A stretch of 63,839 bases of DNA, filler included, from Folioceros fuciformis (Eukaryota), in assembly GCA_049999805.1 (NCBI GenBank). It is 7 parts of 7 records of this genome, joined end to end, with 100 filler letters (N's around TTAATTAATTAA, not from the genome) between each part and the next. Parts side by side here need not be neighbours in the genome. Positions count along the whole stretch, not along the records: positions 1 to 19,935 come from JBNGIO010001655.1; positions 20,036 to 26,710 come from JBNGIO010001656.1; 5 more parts are not named here. One strand, given 5' to 3'. Both the position numbers and the translations under genes were made by a program. Positions 13,036 to 25,259 of this stretch are shown piece after piece. The first letter of the stretch is position 1, and each line of letters begins with the position of its first letter. The notes under the pieces are model-generated. The model saw nothing but the letters and a program-made list of their open reading frames with translations. It made no database searches and had not been told where the DNA came from.

Positions 13036-13374
13036 ATGAGTGACTTTCTGCAGAAATTGAAGGGTGTGAAAATGGTGATGACCACTTTGAAAGGTTTGGC
13101 CAAGATGAAAGTGAAGGATGTTCCTGGTCACCTGAAGAAAGTGGTAACCAAAGAAAATGTGAAGCGCTCAACTGGTTCTTTCTTACAAGGTTACTATGAA
13201 AAATATATTAAAACAGGGAGCATTCGCCCTCTTCATGATACTTTCATATGCATAGGGTTGTTTGCTTATGCTATAAATTGGCCCAATGAAATGCGGCATA
13301 TCAAACATCAAGAGGAGCAAGAACGACTCAAGAAAGAGGGGAAAGGCAAAGACCAAAAAGGCAAGAAACATTAA
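13036..13374 (+). CDS. Plant mitochondrial ATP synthase subunit f-like protein
   Basis: KVKDVPGHLK, YYEKYIKTGSIRPL, hydrophobic helix, then PNEMRHIKHQ, resembling plant subunit f (At4g30010-like, recognised from memory). The real start may be 13072, after a TTTCTGCAG acceptor-like site. Confidence 0.75.
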   Translation: MSDFLQKLKGVKMVMTTLKGLAKMKVKDVPGHLKKVVTKENVKRSTGSFLQGYYEKYIKTGSIRPLHDTFICIGLFAYAINWPNEMRHIKHQEEQERLKKEGKGKDQKGKKH

Positions 13375-15380
13375 AAATAATGTATCTTAAAATAGGTGGA
13401 TAACTACCCATGATGTAAAGTGCGTGTCGGATGGAGAATGAAGACCAGTCTCGTTATCCACGTACATTATTTTTATTTTAAAAAAAACACATATTAAGGA
13501 TACGTAGTAGTAGTAGTAGGTACATCACGTGTGTGGGTCACGCTTTGAAGTATGGACGCGGGACGACCGCAGATGTTGGGCGGTGAATGGGAGACTGCAT
13601 CAATACTTTAAAATATATTATTATCTTAACAATGGTATACATGTTTGAAAGTAGTGGATGGCCCATGAAGCTGGAGGATGCGGTGTGAAGAATGTGACCG
13701 ATACATCCCAAGGTCGCGTAACTGCGGGGTTTCAAGGTGTTTCTTGTTGGAGCAAGGGAGCAAATGGGGGTGTCAATCAGACGCGATCGATCGATGAACG
13801 ACACGACTCGTTGTGTGAGCGTTTCCAAGGCAGCAGGATGTGGACGGGACTGACGGCTGTGGTAGGCACAAATCGTTGCCAGTGTCTTCACTGTCGAGGA
13901 TGAGGCAACACGCGGTTGTCAGCCTCCGAAGCCTGGTGCTGTACACGCGGATAAGTTCAGCTGAGAGACGGTCCCCTCTGCGTTCCAGACCTTTCAGTCA
14001 TCAGAGTTTCGGTCTGCGAGGTTTCAAGGTCGGAGCATCAAAGGACGATACTTGTCACCTGATCTGGGGTAACCTAAACGTGAAAAGCAAACAGCAGGGA
14101 ATTTCGATCCGGGCTGTGGTTCAAGCTTGCCGACCTGGAGTCTCTGCAGTAATGCAGGGCCGTGGTGCAGAGAATCTGGACCTTCAGCCCCTTCCGCGCA
14201 AGGATCAAGAGTGGCCGCCGTGTAGTAGTCCTAATAATGTCATGGGCACCCACGGTTATCCTGTATGGTTGTCAACCCAGATGTGATCACCCGGCGTCGC
14301 ATAATCTCTGCTCCTTTTCCCACGAGAACACGACGAGGACGCCATACAGCTGTATCATGGCAAGTGGCGATCACGAGTTACTGTATTACCTAATATTGGC
14401 CATTTGTTTGCAGCAGCCCTTCAGGCTTGTGCAAGGGCGAAGACTTAACGCAGATCTGGGCAGCAAGCGCGTCCAGGCTTTAGGGGCTGGAGGCGGTGAG
14501 ACTGATTTGCTTGAGTGTCGTCGCTGGCGTTGGGTGGAAATTCATGCAAAGTGCGAGATCCCAGCATGGGACAGGGCATGAAGTCCTTATTGTTTATGTA
14601 TATTTAAGCTATCCAAGAAGGAAGGCAAGGCAGAATCCATGACATACCATTCGTACAGTTTCCCTCCTGCACCTTGTGGCTTGTGCTAGTGGCGGCTACA
14701 AAGTGTCGCAAGGGATAATATATATATATCTAAAAATTAGGGCCATGTATGCGACGCAACGCTCTCATCTGGGGCCCAGCCATCCTCAGGAATCGAGATA
14801 CTGGGAAATTTCTAAATTCGGAACTTTACCGCTTTCCCCACGAGCCAAATTTGGTCTGGGCATCACAAAAGTTCCATTCGTGGGAGGCCAGATCGTGGGA
14901 GGCCAGACTTCCTTGAACTGGCTGTTGGCAGGCAGAGCCAGTGCTTTGACTGCAGCATCGCACCTGGACGACCGTTATTTACTATTTACGTCACCGGTTC
15001 CGAGCGTGCGGAGAGTGAGAATGCCTTTAGTGCCGTCGCCAGGGAATGTTTGCCTACAATCACGAGTGTAGAACAGCATACACCTTCTAGAGATGGCACA
15101 ACTTGCAGGCTCAGCTGGCCTCCTTATCCCGAATGGGAAAGAACCCATCGGCAAAAAGAAATGTAAACATCATTATCTACGCCCAATTAGCTAAGCGTGC
15201 AGCATTACCAGCCCTCCCAGCAAAGCTACAGGTGGCACACGAGAAGGAGGAGGAAACTGTGTCCAGACTCCAGATTCCCTCCTGCTAATCCAACCCCATT
15301 GTCACTGCTTATACACGACATAACCTCTTTACAAAGAAACGGGTTACAGCAGCAGCATGTGAGCGATCAACCTTCATATA

Positions 15381-16906
15381 TCAAGCTACGGCTGCACTAT
15401 TCGCAGCGTCTAACCTTAGACTCTCCAGTTGGCGCTTCCCTTCTATGTAGTGACCCCGATAGCCCAAGTACTCTTGATAGGTGACCCCCCGATACTGAAG
15501 GGGCTCGCCCTTGGATGGGTGGGGGACCAGCATGGCATCCAGCTCGGGTCGCAATCCCACCAACAAAGAAATGCGATCTCCCACCGAGCTGACGATGCCA
15601 CGATGCAGCACGCTCGCGTACCTCCCGTTGCTAATGATCTGCATACATGTGCACCGGCAAGCAAGTAGAGTTTAGTCGCACTGTCACGGCAATCAGGCAC
15701 GTACACGTGACAACAAGACAGGTGCGCGTGCGTTGCATGTGCATTGCATCTAAATTGGAAGTGATCGGCAGCCAACCTCCACGACATCCCCGGCGTTGAC
15801 AATGAGGGCGCCAGGCACGGACTTGATGGTAAGCCACTCGTCCTTGTGGTAGATCTGGAGACCGGGCACGCCCACCGTCTCCTGCAGGATGTTGAGGGCG
15901 CTGGCATCTGCGTGCGCGTTCAGGCCGATCACCTCCGACGGTCTTGAGCAGGGAGGGTAGTAATTGGTGGCTCCCGAAGCAATGTGGCAGAGATCCCCCA
16001 AGTAAGAGCTCGGTAGGCCCAGGTTCTCGCTCATGATGGAGAGCAGGACGGAGCCCAGCTTTTCCACCTCCTCCTGCCACTTCACCACCTTCTCTCTGCA
16101 TGACAAGCGGTGGTAGAAACCCGCAAAACTACACGTTAGTGGTGATACCATAAACTAGGCCTGTCGTTCGGGCTACGAAGAGCTCGACGCAATCCATGTT
16201 TCGAGCATACGGGTAGTGCGGCAGCAGTCACTGACCTATAATCGGCAGGCGTCTTGGGCCACTCGTGCCCCTCCTCGGGCCCGTGGTACTTCTCATGGTG
16301 GTGAAAGAAGAAATCGCGCCACTCCAGCTCCACTTCCCGGTGCCGGATGTTGAAACGCCCGTACCCGGCGAAGTTGATCCCGGGCTGCTTCACTGCGCTC
16401 TTAAGCTTTTCCTCCAGAGGCAGCGCGTAGAACTGGCGCACCACCTCCATTCCTTGCTCCATCACCGATGGATCTATTCCATGATTCACAACCTAGAGCA
16501 CGACGTGCTCCGCGGGGGACGTCACTCGTACTGGCCAAGTGCAAAACCTCCAGCACTAGCGCTATGAGTGAATCTCTATCTCGATCCTATCCTCAACCAT
16601 TCGTATCTTGCTACTAACCTGAAAGAATCCCCAATTCTCGCACGCGGACGCGAGTTGGTTGCGGACGTGCTGTTTGGCCTGCTCGTCCCCTGTGAGGAAG
16701 CCGGAGATGTCGATCACGGGCACCTCCGCCTCGGAAGCTGTCCGGAGGCTAGAGACGACGGGCTTGGACCGCAGGAAGCAGGCAGGCACCTCGCCCTTCT
16801 CGGCGATCAACTGGACCGGGGCTTTCTGGAAGAATTCCAGCGGCGGCTCGTTGTCTTCACCCTCAGTCGCTTGCAGCCTCTGAAGCTGAGCCATATCCAG
16901 CGCCAT
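15381..16906 (-). CDS. 2-oxoglutarate/Fe(II)-dependent dioxygenase (DOXC class)
   Basis: Four exons. VPVIDIS, ACENWGFFQVVNHGID, EWRDFF, NYYPPC, Fe ligands HAD and HR, 2OG-binding RIS. TATA-like CTATATAAC at about 17002-17010 on the minus strand. Confidence 0.94.
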
Positions 16907-18639
16907 CGTTCTTCCTCCCTCAGCTTCCGCACTGCTGTGGGCTGGCAAGCTCACTGCAGTTAGAGTGAAACGTAGATCTGCTTAATGCACCAAACGACAG
17001 GGTTATATAGCGCCGGCCCCCACAAACGGATCCTTTCCACTCTCCCAAAGCTCTTCCCGACACGCAATAATTTATACAGCAACGTCCAATCACAAAACCG
17101 GGTGAGGAATGGTCACCACAAGGCGGGGTCCACCAAGTGCGTCCGCTCGACTCCAACTTGTGATGTACCAGGCCGTCTTCTCACATTTCACCCTCATGAA
17201 ACGTGTATATAGGAGGGGATTCGGGCTCCTTACGCAACACGGAGATCCTGTAATTAACCACGAGAGAGTTCCCGGGCCGTTTTATGTTTGCATCCGTCTC
17301 CCTCTGGCTCTCATCATCCTCCCAGTCAGTCTGTCATGACCCTACGAAAAGGCCAGTGCCACACGTACATATTGCCAGGAAACGGGACAAAGTGCAACGC
17401 GCTTTCAAATTGGCCAAAGTTCACATGCCCCACGAGCAGTACGGCTGGCCCTGCTCAAGAGTCACCAAATAAAAGCCGTAGCGTAGCCTGTTCCTCGTAC
17501 ATACATACGTACTGCGGGAGTAGCCATACCCAACAATGAACTGGCGCAGGAGCACAGTGTCTGCACCTTCCTGGTAGAGTCGACGTGAGGCGACGTCGGG
17601 TTCCTTGCTTCATGGTGCAGCGTAGAAACCTCGCCGGCCATGACTGGACCCCTCCTGCACAATGCGTGTACATGGCATAGGTAGAGGCAGAGGACTGCTT
17701 CCACGCGGCCGCCCAGCCCAACCCATCTTACCCGGCGTGCCCCTAAACAGGCTACTGTGTCCACAGCTGTAGCGCACACGGCCGTGACAAAGAAAGAAAG
17801 ACAAGAAAAGAATGTCCAGCAAACTACACTGGAGACCTGGAGCTCCTTGCTGAGTTCATAAAAAATCTGGGCTCACCCTGCCCGCGTATAACGCGAGTAT
17901 TGTCTTCCAAGCCACCCCTTCTGCTAAACTTTACACGCCCACTTGCCAATCACCTTTATTTCCAAATATCTTAGCTACCTTGGAAGGATCTGGCAACACA
18001 CCATCGCTACCTCCATGGGCCCGCCTACACGACATGGAGTCAACGGGAGTCACTCATGTTGTACTTTCTGCGGGTGGTACCAGAGCGAAAGAGTGGAAGA
18101 TTTTTGCTTTTTTGCAAGCACAGGTACGTATTAAAGAAAGGGGAGGAATGATTTTTTTTGTCCATCATAGCCACTCGAGAGGAGAGAGGGGATGTATTTA
18201 TTATTGTTTAAAGGAGAAGAAAGATTTTTATTACTTCTACATGGAGAACCACATAGAAGAGAGAGGAAGGATTTTATATCATTATTATTTGAAGGAAGAG
18301 GAAGGATTTTTATTGTTTTACATCAGGGGTATTGGAAAGGAAATATGTAGCAAGTGGCTTTTGGTGCAAACGCTCCTTCCCATGATTAGCTTTTCCTAAT
18401 CTAGAAAAAGGAATTAAAAGACAAAAATTAGAACATGTGTTTCCTCCACACTCAGCTAGAAGATAAATGCTTAGATTTCAATGTGTGAATGAGAGCAAGA
18501 AGGCATGATATTTTGATCAGATGAAGTATGAGTAAATGAGAGGCATAGGAGCTAAAATTAGGAGGGGTTTGAGTAGCTCTTGAAATGCATATGAAGAAAG
18601 GCTTTATGCCTCCCAAAACAAGAATAGAGTATATGTTGG

Positions 18640-18850
18640 CCATGCCTAGCTTCACCCACTCGAACTTGGAGAACAAGGTATAGACCATGCCCTACCTTTT
18701 AACACTCACTCCAACTTCAAGAACAAGGTACAAGCTATGCCTTGCCTTCACCCACTCCAATTTCAAGAACAGAGTATAGACCATGCTCTACCTTCATCGA
18801 CTCCAACATCAAGAACAAGGTCTCGACCATGTCCTAGCTTCACCAATTCG
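18640..18850. repeat. Degenerate ~45-bp tandem repeat, about 4-5 copies
   Basis: Recurring CATGCCYTRCCTTCA...CTCCAACWTCAAGAACAAGGTATAGAC units. Confidence 0.8.
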
Positions 18851-18879
18851 GTCTCCATGTGTGCAAGGAAGCCACAATA

Positions 18880-19520
18880 TCCAACTCTAGCAAGTAGTTA
18901 ACATGTGAATATAGATGGACAAGGAAGGGGGAAATTAAGGATTGCCTAGGAGTGGGGGAGGTCAAATTGTGCCTCCCTCGATCAGACTATCGAAAATAAT
19001 CTTCCCCCAATCGATCCTACTCCCCTTTGACCACCTCATGCAAGAACAGCAATATATGGTCGGATAAATAATCCTGCTTCTTGTGTTGTAGGAAGCAGAG
19101 GAGCCATTTGGCTAGGCCCATAAACTGAGTGGACGCCATCTCGCGCGTCAGCCAGCCGTTGGTCTCGCGTCCAATGTGCGCCTTGAACAGCACTGTTACT
19201 ACTGCCACCGTACTTTGCTTCAGAAGGGATTCGATTACGATCCCTCTAGCTTCCTCCGTGCTGCGCCCATACACTGCCTTGACCAAGTCCATGTCCCAGT
19301 CCTACAGTGTGTCTTTGATTCCTTCCATTAGCACCTTAACTCGCAGCTGCTGCGCACACTCCTCCACTAGGCCTGGGTTCGCGTAGTTCCAGCGCGTTGC
19401 CATGAACCCGAGACCAAACTTCTCTACCAGTTCACCTACTTGGACCCTCCAGTGGTTTAGGGTTTAGGGTTGGGCTAGAGAGCAATCTCAACTTGCACCA
19501 TAGGTCTGGGTGTGATGTTC
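18880..19520 (-). pseudogene. Disrupted copy of retroelement accessory ORF family
   Basis: ETNGWLTREMA, GLAKWLLCFLQHKKQDYLSDHILLFLHEVVKGE*xDWGKI aligns by eye to the copy at 48324-49228. Contains stops and frameshifts. Confidence 0.75.
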
Positions 19521-19935
19521 CCGCAGGGATCAACTGCCGTTAGCTCTACTGACGCTTTCATCATTCGTCGCCACTCCAGGGTTAGCTTGCACGCCGCCAC
19601 CACCGCCTAACCTGCTCCTCACAGCCTCGTGCTTCCCGGAGCCTGTGAAGAGAGGGCCCACTCCCTCCTCCCTAGTCACCACGTTCATCTTGCACGCTCG
19701 GTCTTTCGTTTGCCCGAGTCTGCTCCCCAACACCGCTTCAGTTGTGGTTGTGCTCCACTTGGAAAGTGGCCCTGAAACACTTGGACTTCCCCTTAGGGTT
19801 TCCATCTGCCAGAAGTCGTTCCTGTTTCCACAACCGCTACCAGCTTCCACTAACGGGTGCTCCTTTTGTGACCGCTTCCCACCTTCCGCGACAGTTGTCG
19901 GGCTTCGACTACCTTCCTTCTCAGACTAAGTCCAC

Positions 19936-20035
19936 NNNNNNNNNNNNNNNNNNNNNNNNNNNNNNNNNNNNNNNNNNNNTTAATTAATTAANNNNNNNNN
20001 NNNNNNNNNNNNNNNNNNNNNNNNNNNNNNNNNNN
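19936..20035. other. Artificial contig spacer
   Basis: 100 bp of N with central TTAATTAATTAA (stops in all six frames). Confidence 0.98.
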
Positions 20036-21980
20036 TGCTTTGGAGCTGGGCCGTCGGTGGCTGATCCAGGCCGGTGTAGGCCGCGAACGGGCAGGCTGCA
20101 GGGGACGAAACCGGCTAGGATTGCAGGCCGGCTAGAGGTGGCCTTCCAGGCGGCTGGCCAGCAGACTCGGGTGACCCCCGGCTGGATCAGGTGGTGGCGG
20201 CAACACGGCATCTAGATCTGGGAGTGGCGCCAGATCTAAGGCTGGCCAAGGTCGAATCCCGAAGCCAGGTGGGTTGCGGAGGAGCTTAGCCAGCACCCAT
20301 CCCGACCCGGCAACAGGCAGGCAGCCTGGGTGGATCTAGACCGACCAGGTGGGTGTAAGCAGCCTCGCTGGGCGGCCGGCCTGGCTGCAGCTGGAGGCGG
20401 CTAGGTAGATAGCCCAAAGGCGGCGCTGGATCTAGGCCATGTGGGCTGCTCCGGACTGGGTAGGCTGGCAGGCAAAACCAGGGAGGCAGCCCAGCCGGGG
20501 CAGCGGGGCCAGACCGGCTTGCAGGCAGTCTGGCGGGTGGCCGGGCCAGCAGCGGCCCGGCTGCTGAGGAGCAGCTCGGCGACCCGGCAGTAAGCAGGCT
20601 ACTAGCGGCAGCCAGATCCGGGACGTGGGCAGGCCAGTCAACCCTTGGCAGGCGGGAGGCCGGGGAGGGCAGCCAGGCCTAGCGAGTTGGGGTCTAGCCA
20701 AGCAAGGGACGGGCCAGGCTACTGCGAGAGTCAATAGGCAGCCGGGAGGCTGGCGCCTGACCGGATCGCCAGGCTGCCGCCTGACGGCTAGGGGGAATCG
20801 GCCTAGCAGGGGCTGGCCAGCAAAGGCTAGCTATTGAGCAGCAGCCAGCTGACCCAGCAACCGGCGGGCTGCAAGAATCCAAGCAGCCCGGCCGGCTGGC
20901 TGTAGCAGCAGATTGGCCAGGCGGCTTGGCTGGGGGACCTGGCTGGTCACGGCTGGGAGTAGGGCGGTGGCGTCGGAACGGCAAGCCGAGCCAGGCAGGC
21001 GGCCTGGGTAAATTGGTCAAGCAGGGGGGCAATCGGATCCAGCCAGCCAAGAGGTTGTATCGATAGGCGGCCTGGCAGCCGGGGTGGATCTAAGCGAGGC
21101 CGGAGCCAGAAGCAGGCCAGGTAGGCTAGTCCTGGCCGGCGTGGATAGGGCTGGTTGCAGGACCGGTGCGTCAGGATCAGAGCGTAGCTCAGGGGCGGCT
21201 GGGCACAGCTATGCAAGGTTCCTGGCCTGCTGCAGGGACTGAGTGGGAGCAACTGCTGAGACCCATCTCCCTGCGGCTGCAGGATCCCAACCGGCTGGCA
21301 AGTCAGTCGGTCCTAAGCGAAGCAGGAGGTCGGGGAGAGACCTGGCCGGAGGGGGAATGGCAGGCCACTGGTCACAGCTGGCAGGCAAGTGGCTGGGCTG
21401 GATCCAGGCGGTGGTTCCAGGCCGGCTGGATAGGCGACTGGCACGGCCGTTGAGGGAGGCAGGCGGCCAGCAGTGGCAGGCAGCACCTGGCCAGATCGCC
21501 AGGCAGGCCGAGTTGGCGGCAGGACGGCCGGACCCGCAGGTGCAGTAGCTTGGGAGCCAGATTCAGGTTGAAGCTGACGGGATTCAGCGGGATGGTCGGG
21601 CAGGCGGATCGAAGTGGATCCATCCGGCTGGGCAGGTGGCCTGGTCGTGGCAGGGCGGCGGCGGATCCGGCCTGTCGCAAGCGGCCGAAGGGCTGGATGC
21701 TGGCTGGCTGGGGGATCCAGGCCCAAACTGGCGGGGCCAGGCCAGAAAACGAATCTAGCCAGCAGGCGGGTCCGCATGCGTGGCAGGTCTGGGTTGGATC
21801 CAGCTACGGTCCCGAATGGATCCAGGGGCCAGCAAGTAGGTAGGCGGGCTTATCAGGCGCCAAGCCTGCTGGCTAGTTGGCCAACCAAATCGGCAGATGG
21901 TAGGTAAGCTAGGGCGGCAGGTTGGGTGGCAGTGGCAGCTACGGGGCAAGCACAGGTGTTGGGCAGACAGCCAGATCCAA
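20036..21980. repeat. GC-rich, G-skewed low-complexity repeat region of an LTR-element family
   Basis: Dense GGCTGG, GGCAGG, GGATC and CTAG words. Blocks shared with 57561-59450 and 62669-63839, e.g. GATCCATCCGGCTGGGCAGGTGGC at about 21618 and 57826. Confidence 0.7.
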
Positions 21981-22559
21981 AACTAGGCGATGGCGAAGGC
22001 TTTTGTCAACGATAGCACTGTTGTGTCAACGATAGCACTGTAGGGAGGTGTCGAATTGGGGCGAATCGACAAGTGCGACTCGGGGGCTGGTGTTCCAGGT
22101 TCTGCTGCTGAAGGCATTTGTGCAGGAGGGGATGCTGGGGGGCCCGAGTTCCATAACCTACTGGGGTTGAAAGAGGGCAGGATGGATTGGGCAATTGGCA
22201 GAAGATTCATGCGAAGGAACAATGGTCTGTGGGGCGTGGAACAGTCAACCTTGGCAGATCCCAGCGCACTCGGGAGCCCTGCAACCCAACCCCTACACTG
22301 ATTGGGGCCCGAGCAGTGCACCCCTCCTGCGAGGAAGGTCTGAATACAGACGCACTGCTCGCAGGCAGGAAGCCAGATGGTGGAATGTCACTTTCGGGTG
22401 CCAGGTTTACAAGGCTGCCCCTCGAGGGCACCAGACCAGCAGCGTGGGGGCTGAACAAAAGTGAAGAGGTGGAGGCTCTGAAGGGTTGCAGGGTTGCAGG
22501 ATGCTTTGAAGGAAAGGGATGGAATGATCTGAGAGAAGAGGGAGAGTGTTGAGAGGCAC

Positions 22560-23552
22560 TAACCATTTTGGTAGTCTTGAGAGGTTGGTCAATTTTGGTA
22601 AGGGCACCTAATGGCATCCAAGGGACACAACCCCTATTGGGTCGAGGTTAGGATTAGGTCGGATTCAGGTTAGGTCAGAATTAGGGGCAGCTTAGGTTAG
22701 AGAGAGATTGCGGGGTGGTTGACTGAGGCTAACCCTAGTAGATAGAGATGGAGGTTTGGGCCGAGGTAGTATAAGAGGCTAGACCTGCCATTGAGGAGGG
22801 GGCAGTCTACGGTGTGATGTCCCCGGACCTTGTGTGCAGAACTCCTGGCTTAGGACGCTGAGCCGGTTGAGACTGAACCGAGGTCCTGATTCCCCTTGCC
22901 ACTAGGGGAACGTGGAGATCCCAAGACTGTCAAGATCCGTGTGGCCGGATCCGCAAGGGTTGAATGATTCGCAAGCTGGCTGAAGTGCAGGAACATGACC
23001 GTGAGCCTGGAGGGCTATCCAGTCCTAGTACCCACACTATGCCTGAAGGCTGCAAGGAGTGAAGCCATTGTGTCCCAATTTCCAGGGGGTAGCTGAAGAA
23101 AAGAGAGGGAGAGTTGGAGTGAAATGCATAGAAGTGAAGAGTAAGTTGCTGAGGTGCAAGAGTGCATGCTGCAGTGAAGGGTGGAGGGCTGAAGTGAAGA
23201 GGAAGGGACTGAAGTGGGGATCTTGAAGAGCTGAAGTGAAGAGGAAGAAACTGAAGTGGGAATCTTGAAGAGCTGAGGTGAAGGAGAAAGGACTGAAGTG
23301 GGAATCTTGAAGAGCTGAAGAAATGAAGATCAGGAGTATGAGTTGTGTGAGCTGATTTGGGGATTCTAGGCTTCTTGCCCCTTTTGTTGTGAGTGTATGG
23401 TCAGGCCTATAGACCGGCTGATAGGTAGAAGTGTGATAGGTAGTGTTCCTTGGCACTAGTTCACTCCCTTGGGAGCGAACCATAAGACTACAACGACAAT
23501 AAGGGGTTGTGTGGCCCCTTGGTGGTTCTTGGGTGCAAGAAATCACTCCACA
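22560..23552 (-). mobile_element. LTR-like terminal region, beginning TGTGGAGTG at 23552 on the minus strand
   Basis: Shares GTGTGGCCCTTGGTGGTTCTTGGGTGCAAG...ACTCCACA and CACTAGTTCACTCCCTTGG with 60640-60746 and 62030-62139. Internal ~40-bp GAAGAGCTGAAGTG tandem array at 23180-23320. Left boundary approximate. Confidence 0.65.
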
Positions 23553-25135
23553 TATGGCACTATCGGGCCGGCCACATAAATCCGCGTTACTTGGATTCCT
23601 TTGCTAACCCTGCTTTGTATAAGGATCCCATCAACATTAAACCCAACAAGGACTTCTTTTGTGAAATCTACAAATACTCCAAGCTACCCCAACTTCCCTT
23701 TAAAGATCCCTCACTAATAAGAGCTAGACGACTTCTCACGATTGTACACTCCGATATTTGTGGCCCAATGAGCACACATATTTCAGAGGCCACTCCTACT
23801 AACTTACCTTTATGGACAAGCGGAGCAGGTATTGCCACATTTACTTCCCTCACAATAAGGAGGATGCCCTCACCTGTTTTCAAGAATTTGTATTAGCAGT
23901 AGAACGACAAACTAGATTCCAAGTCTTCACCCTACGTAGTGATAATGGCGGCGAATACATCAGCATAGCCTTCAATCAGTTCTGGAGATCCAAGGGGATC
24001 CTCCGCCAACTAACCGTACCACACACCCTAGCTTAGAACTCTTTTGCAGAATGCCTCAACAGATCCCTACTCAAGATTTCTCGCTTTATCTTGAAGCTAT
24101 CTTGTCTCTCTCGAGGCTATTGGGCTGGGGCCGTAGCTAGAGCCAACTACCTCAAACACAAGCTTCCTACGAAAGAGCTGCCAGGTACTACCTTTTTTGA
24201 GCTTTGGACAAGTCATAAACCATGAATCTCTCACCTCTGCATCTTCGGTAGTCCAATTTTTGCACATGTCCCATATTCTACTCATCGCAAATGGGATGGC
24301 AAAAGCTGCAAGCTCCTCCTCATTGGCTACGTAGATTAAGTAAAAGCCTACCACCTTTTTGATCCCACCATCAGAGAGGTACTCCTTTCTCACAGTGTTC
24401 ATTTCCGTGAATCCCTCATTCTCAACACTTACCTTACCTCCCTTTCCACCTCTCTACCTACTATTGGCCTATCCGCCTCCTCCCTTCCGCTACTTTCCCC
24501 CTTGACCTTGAGGGGGCCACATCTCACTACGAAGAAGATGACACATAAGCTCAAGAGGAAAACCAAATTATCTATCCAACTCCAGCACTAGCTACTCCAG
24601 CCACTCTTGCACCTCCAGCCATCCCTGTCCATGCACCACCAACTATCCCAGCTCAAGCGCAACCACCAGATGACCATATGGAACACCCTCCTATTCAAAA
24701 CTAGGAGAACCATGTGGTAAATACCCCTGAACCTAAACCACCACCTATCAGGCAATTTACTCTCCATAGGCCAGCTTATCATTAATGGAGAAATCCACTT
24801 TCTGTCTCCAAGGACTCTTTTTCTCGTCAAGTAGCCATTCCACTCGTAGAGATACCAGTTCCTGGACAAGCCTATGACAATGTAGATCCAGTCTAGCTCA
24901 CCTTGCATTGAGCTCTTTTTGCAATTGAAATGCAGGATGTACCTACAAGCATAGAAGAAACCCTTGGTATGCACGTGTGAAAAGCATCTGTCCAATTCGA
25001 ATATGACTCACTAATTGCCAATAAGACTTGGAAGCTCATTGACCTGCCTGTTGGGCACGAACCAATTTTCTGTAAATGAACCTTTAGAAGAAAACTTAAC
25101 CCTGATATCAATATGTACAAGCTCAAGAACCTCTG
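23553..25135 (+). mobile_element. Degraded Ty1/Copia pol fragment (GAG-pre-integrase, integrase, start of RT)
   Basis: WHYRAGH, IVHSDICGPM, LRSDNGGEY, EYDSLIANKTWKLIDLP; many stops and frameshifts. Confidence 0.88.
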
Positions 25136-25259
25136 AGGCACAATGTGGAACCTTGTTCTTGAATGTTGCTTGATGCTTCTTCGAAAGGACACATGATTCA
25201 CAGATGGGTAATGAGGTAAGAGTGCCTATTGGCCCATCTCTATAACGATCACTAGTGGC

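Noticed and set aside
13538-15300. Several 80-150-aa ORFs between the subunit f and dioxygenase genes
   Set aside because: No recognisable motifs or consistent exon structure.
19456-19469. Telomeric TTTAGGG twice
   Set aside because: Only two units, inside a decayed TE ORF; best explained as a short local duplication.
20432-21949. Many overlapping Pro/Ala/Gly/Trp-rich ORFs, also at 57757-59438 and 62770-63829
   Set aside because: Expected from GC-rich low-complexity DNA on both strands; no domain signal.
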